From the NCBI RefSeq assembly GCF_006345805.1, contig NC_043009.1:33976001-34040000 (forward strand): a stretch of DNA of 64,000 nt, read 5' to 3'. The notes beneath the pieces are model-generated. The model was not told the DNA's origin, searched no databases, and was given only the letters and a program-made list of their open reading frames with translations. Positions 59,901 to 64,000 of the stretch are shown here, one piece after another (the first letter of the stretch is position 1; every line of letters starts with the position of its first letter). This stretch comes from Octopus sinensis. Its lineage: Eukaryota. Made by a program: the position numbers and the translations under genes.

Positions 59901-61925
59901 TAGACAGTATACCAGTCCATCACATGATTACTCAATTTTATCAGCTGAGTGGACCAGAACAACATAAAATGAAGAGTTTTGCTCAAGAACATAATACATC
60001 ACTTAGTCTAGGAATTGCAATCACAATTTTACAATCACAAATGTAAAACCCTAACCACTAAACATTCAACTCTCTAGGGCTTAAATACCCCAGTCAAATT
60101 CTAAAATGATATCTTTGGATTAAGATTCCATATGCATTCCAAAAGATATACTGAGTGTTTTAATTTAAAATAAGAAAAGTGAAAGTGACAAATATCTGAT
60201 TTTTAAAGAATTTAATGTAGATCATTTTGGGTAGTGACACTACATCTAACTACATTTTGACTAAGGTAATATCCTTTAAGTGGACATTGATTAGTACATC
60301 TAAATTTAGTTATTTTCATTAGTATTATTTGTAATTTTAAGTTTGTATAACTATATGTATGTTCCAATATGTAGGCAATAATTTTAGCTTTTTACTTTGG
60401 TAGCTCAAATTTTGCGTAGTGGCAGATACCAAATAAGAAATTGGTACACATGTGTACTTGAGGAACTTGGTTGACAGCCTTAGTAAACAAGTATCCTCGA
60501 TATCTTCTGATGAAAATGCCTTTATGGGGACAGCTGGATATTATGAGATGCTAAGAAATAATGAGTCCTCTGATAAAATTAACCACATAAAAGCACTGAG
60601 GACACACAGCATAAAAATAGGATTAGGAAAAGGAATATTTTATGATGCAATTCAGTATTTAATCAAGCAATAAAAATATATATGGCTAGCAATTCCTTTA
60701 TCAAATATACTACCATTTCCTGCCAGGATGTAAGTATATAGTAAGATATTAAATAGGAATGATGTTAAGGTTAATTATTCAGCTTTTAGTTCTTATAATG
60801 CTGCAAAGCTGAATGAATGAAAAAAAAACAACAATGCAAACAGCTGGCTAACATGCAACTTCAGAACTTATGAGAACTGCCTACTTGATAATAACTGTTT
60901 GGCTAAGCTGATAATATATAGAACTAAAGTAGAAACAAATATCAGACATGAACCTAAAATATATATATTGGGGCAACTGAATTGATATTTATAAATCAAT
61001 TCTATATACCCAAACAATCATTTGTCAGCATTATCATCTTGTTGAAATTTACATGATTCTTATGTGAGACAAGTTCTCATGAATTCAAAATTATCTCATC
61101 AATTTAGATAAGGCTCAACTATAAAGAAATGCAGTATATCCTTTGTTCCAAAGCAGTAATGGTTTGAACAAAAGAACAAAATTGTATGCATACCTTGTAT
61201 GCACAGAACAAAGTAAGTACCAGCTTCCTTCAATTTTATCCTGGTTCAGGAAATAAAAACGTTAGATTCAAAATGTTTCAACACACTCACATACATTGTT
61301 TTTAAAATATTGCTTAAACAGCAAAGTGATATCATGAGGATAATTCTTAGGGTGACTTTCCTTGTATAAGGATTAAAACATTTAAAGTATTCTTATGAGG
61401 GCTAGAAATGAAATGAAAAATGTGAGCTTGAGATAACTGTTTTTGCACATGTAGGACAAATTTAAAAGAAAAACAGATAAGCATTTTCTTTATAACTTTC
61501 ATCTAACATTTCAGAACATATATAAACAATAGATAATTCAAAGATAATAAACTCAGATTATCAGCTGAATGATTGGAAACATATAAATCAAAGTACTGGA
61601 ATTATGCACCTTTCAGTTATAATATATTAAAGAATATTCTACAGTTACACATTGAGTTCTATAATTTATTACTTCTCAGTGAATCAAAAGAAATTCACAT
61701 ATACATCTTCCACACACACACACACACACACACAAGCATGCACATATTCATATTCATGAAACATTACATAATGAACATATTTAAAACTATCAGACATGCA
61801 GTCTTTAACCAATTGGTGAAAGATGTACCAAGAACAGTTATCTTAATGATAATAACTATTTCAATTGGTACTTATTTTATTGACTCTGAAAGGCAAAGTC
61901 GATCTTGGTAAAATTTGAATATCTC

Positions 61926-61965
<40 letters not shown>

Positions 61966-62869
61966 GTATATTGTCACTACTTGAATCTTCTTCTGACCAT
62001 TTAATTAAATAATTTATAAATAAATTTATAAATAGCATATTCATTGCACATATTTGATCCCCTTTTGTACAACCAGTTGCCCCATTCCTTGGACCCACTT
62101 CCTTTTAACATCCACCTTTGCTTTAACTATCATTCCTTTCCATTTTATCCTCCATCAATCACCCTCTTCTGTCCCACTAGTTACCTATCCCTCTCCCTAA
62201 GCTACATCTTTTGACTGCCATATAATATCTTTAACACCCTCTCTAATCTGCTACTGACAGATTCCATGCCCACCCCACCAGTCTTTGTCTTCCACTCACT
62301 ATATCTGCCTCTATGTAACTTTGCCCCTATCTCTGTCATTGTATGTTTTCTTCAGCCTTTCTATCCTGCATATTATCTCCCTATTTCTCATCTATCTACA
62401 GGTTTATTACACCCTTTCTGTACTACCACTTACCACCTCTTCTTTTCTGGGTCACTCCTATTTCCCCACCACCACCATACACACTGATAATTACCATCCA
62501 CCACACACCTACCCTTGTTCAACATTTATTACATTTACCTTTATCCCAATCTTTAACCATCTGTCACTCTCCCAAACTTAGCCACCACCCTTCCTGATCC
62601 TTTGTTCATATTTTCTCTCATACTAACCTTCTTGTCCTTTGAGAATATGTCCAGATTCCTCATCGCCATCATTTTTATCCCTCTTTCTAGCTCCTTCCAC
62701 ATCCCTAATATAATGTGGGGGTAGCCATGCTATCTCCTCTGTAGCAAGACACCAGTTTCTGTTTTCTTGTCATACAATAGCTTCTCAACACCTTGTATAA
62801 AGTCACCTCCCATTCTACTGCATCCCCACACAGGAGTGGGGGTAGGGTCTTCTTTCTTGTCTTGCAAGA

Positions 62870-63097
62870 TTCTTCATGATTTTACAAGTGCCAATTCTAT
62901 GAAAAAGTACCTTGTACACTTTGGTTTGTCTACAAGGTGATTAGCATATTAAGAAGGACATCCAACCTTAGAAACAATGCCAAAGCAGACATTGGAGCTC
63001 AATGAGCCTCTTGGTTTGTTGGTTCCTGCTGAACTGTTGAACCCATGCAAGCATCAAAGATAGCCATTAAATGATGATGATGATGATGATGATGATA
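62870..63097 (+). mobile_element. Old RTE-type 3' tail
   Basis: ttaagaaggacatccaacc...cccatgcaagcat...(GAT)n. Confidence 0.65.
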
Positions 63098-63953
63098 GAA
63101 ATCCATACCATCCTTAATCTGAGTTCAAATTCCACTCAGGCATTCATTACATTTAACTATTTTTTTCTGGGATTGTATTGATAAAATAAATATCAGTAAT
63201 ATACTTGGGTTAATATACTTAGATAACCTTCTCCTAAAATGCTGCCCCTGTACCCAGTCTATCGAAACTAGTATCATCATCATCATCATCATTATTGGTA
63301 GTGGTGGTGGTAATAGTAATGCAAGTGTCTACCATATCTCTTGATGCATTTTATTTGCTGGTGTCGTTTAGCCCCACGTTAACCCAGATGAAAAACACCT
63401 GTGATTAAAGACATTCCAGTTATAACCATTTTGTCTTTTTTCCTATATGCGGGAAACTCAAGGTCACACTATCCAATGTCTCTTTTTCTATGATAGTGGA
63501 TTGTAATTTGAAAGAAATATGACTGCTATTTCTAGTGTATAGAACGTCCACATAGAAGTTTCTTTATTTTTTTCCCTTTTAAAGATCTAAGAAAAATTAA
63601 GAGTACTTCTATGTTTCCTAAAGTAAGTCTTTTAGGAGTGTAGGATTGACTTTGTGCTACATCAGTTTTTGTCATCCATTTGTTGTTTAGAATATATGTA
63701 ATGTGAATCATGTCATTTTTTGTGAAGTGGAGATTGTGTTTAATGAGTACAATGTGAATTGCGTTGCATTTTGTGGCTGGCTGATGATTTTGCTGTGTGG
63801 ATTGTATTATTCTTATTAGGTGGCACATATACAGAATATGAGTTGTTGGTGAAGTGTAGAATGTTTTATACTATCAGATGCTGGAAGTATGCTATTTCAT
63901 TGGGTAGTGATGGTGTAGAATTATGTCTTTCTGTAAGTAGGTGATATCTACCA

Positions 63954-63988
<35 letters not shown>

Positions 63989-64000
63989 CCTGCACCAAGC

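Noticed and set aside
60452-60673. 73-aa ORF and other short unique ORFs at 60-64 kb
   Set aside because: No recognisable homology or convincing paired splice sites; lengths expected by chance.

Overview
Repeat-dense, AT-rich eukaryotic DNA. The repeat families (tRNA-headed CORE-type and Meta-like SINEs, (GAT)n-tailed RTE 3' ends) match what I recall from Octopus or another coleoid cephalopod; this is recognition from memory, not a database result. I recognise no intact host protein-coding gene, only a few weak splice-site-bounded candidate exons, so the window is probably intronic or intergenic. Most of it is decayed and nested transposons: a near full-length R4/Dong LINE in a (TAA)n tract (24.4-28.8 kb), Tx1/L1-clade ORF2 fragments, RTE LINEs, Penelope-like fragments with hammerhead-like motifs, mariner/Tc1/maT and piggyBac relics, MITEs, Helitron-like ends, SINEs and microsatellites. 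The most interesting objects: (1) a 2.07-kb retroelement encoding only a gag-like ORF1, inserted with a perfect 15-bp TSD into a SINE tRNA head (31739-33806); (2) a head-to-head Penelope pair with a minimal hammerhead motif, abutting a second near spacer-less palindrome (7.5-9.6 kb); (3) a chain of TAA-associated elements carrying nested MITEs; (4) a multimeric SINE array invaded by its own family; (5) a pLTR-bounded, retrozyme-like unit; (6) many fold-back structures that could form dsRNA. Boundaries are approximate unless a TSD or TIR is quoted, and identities are judged by eye.
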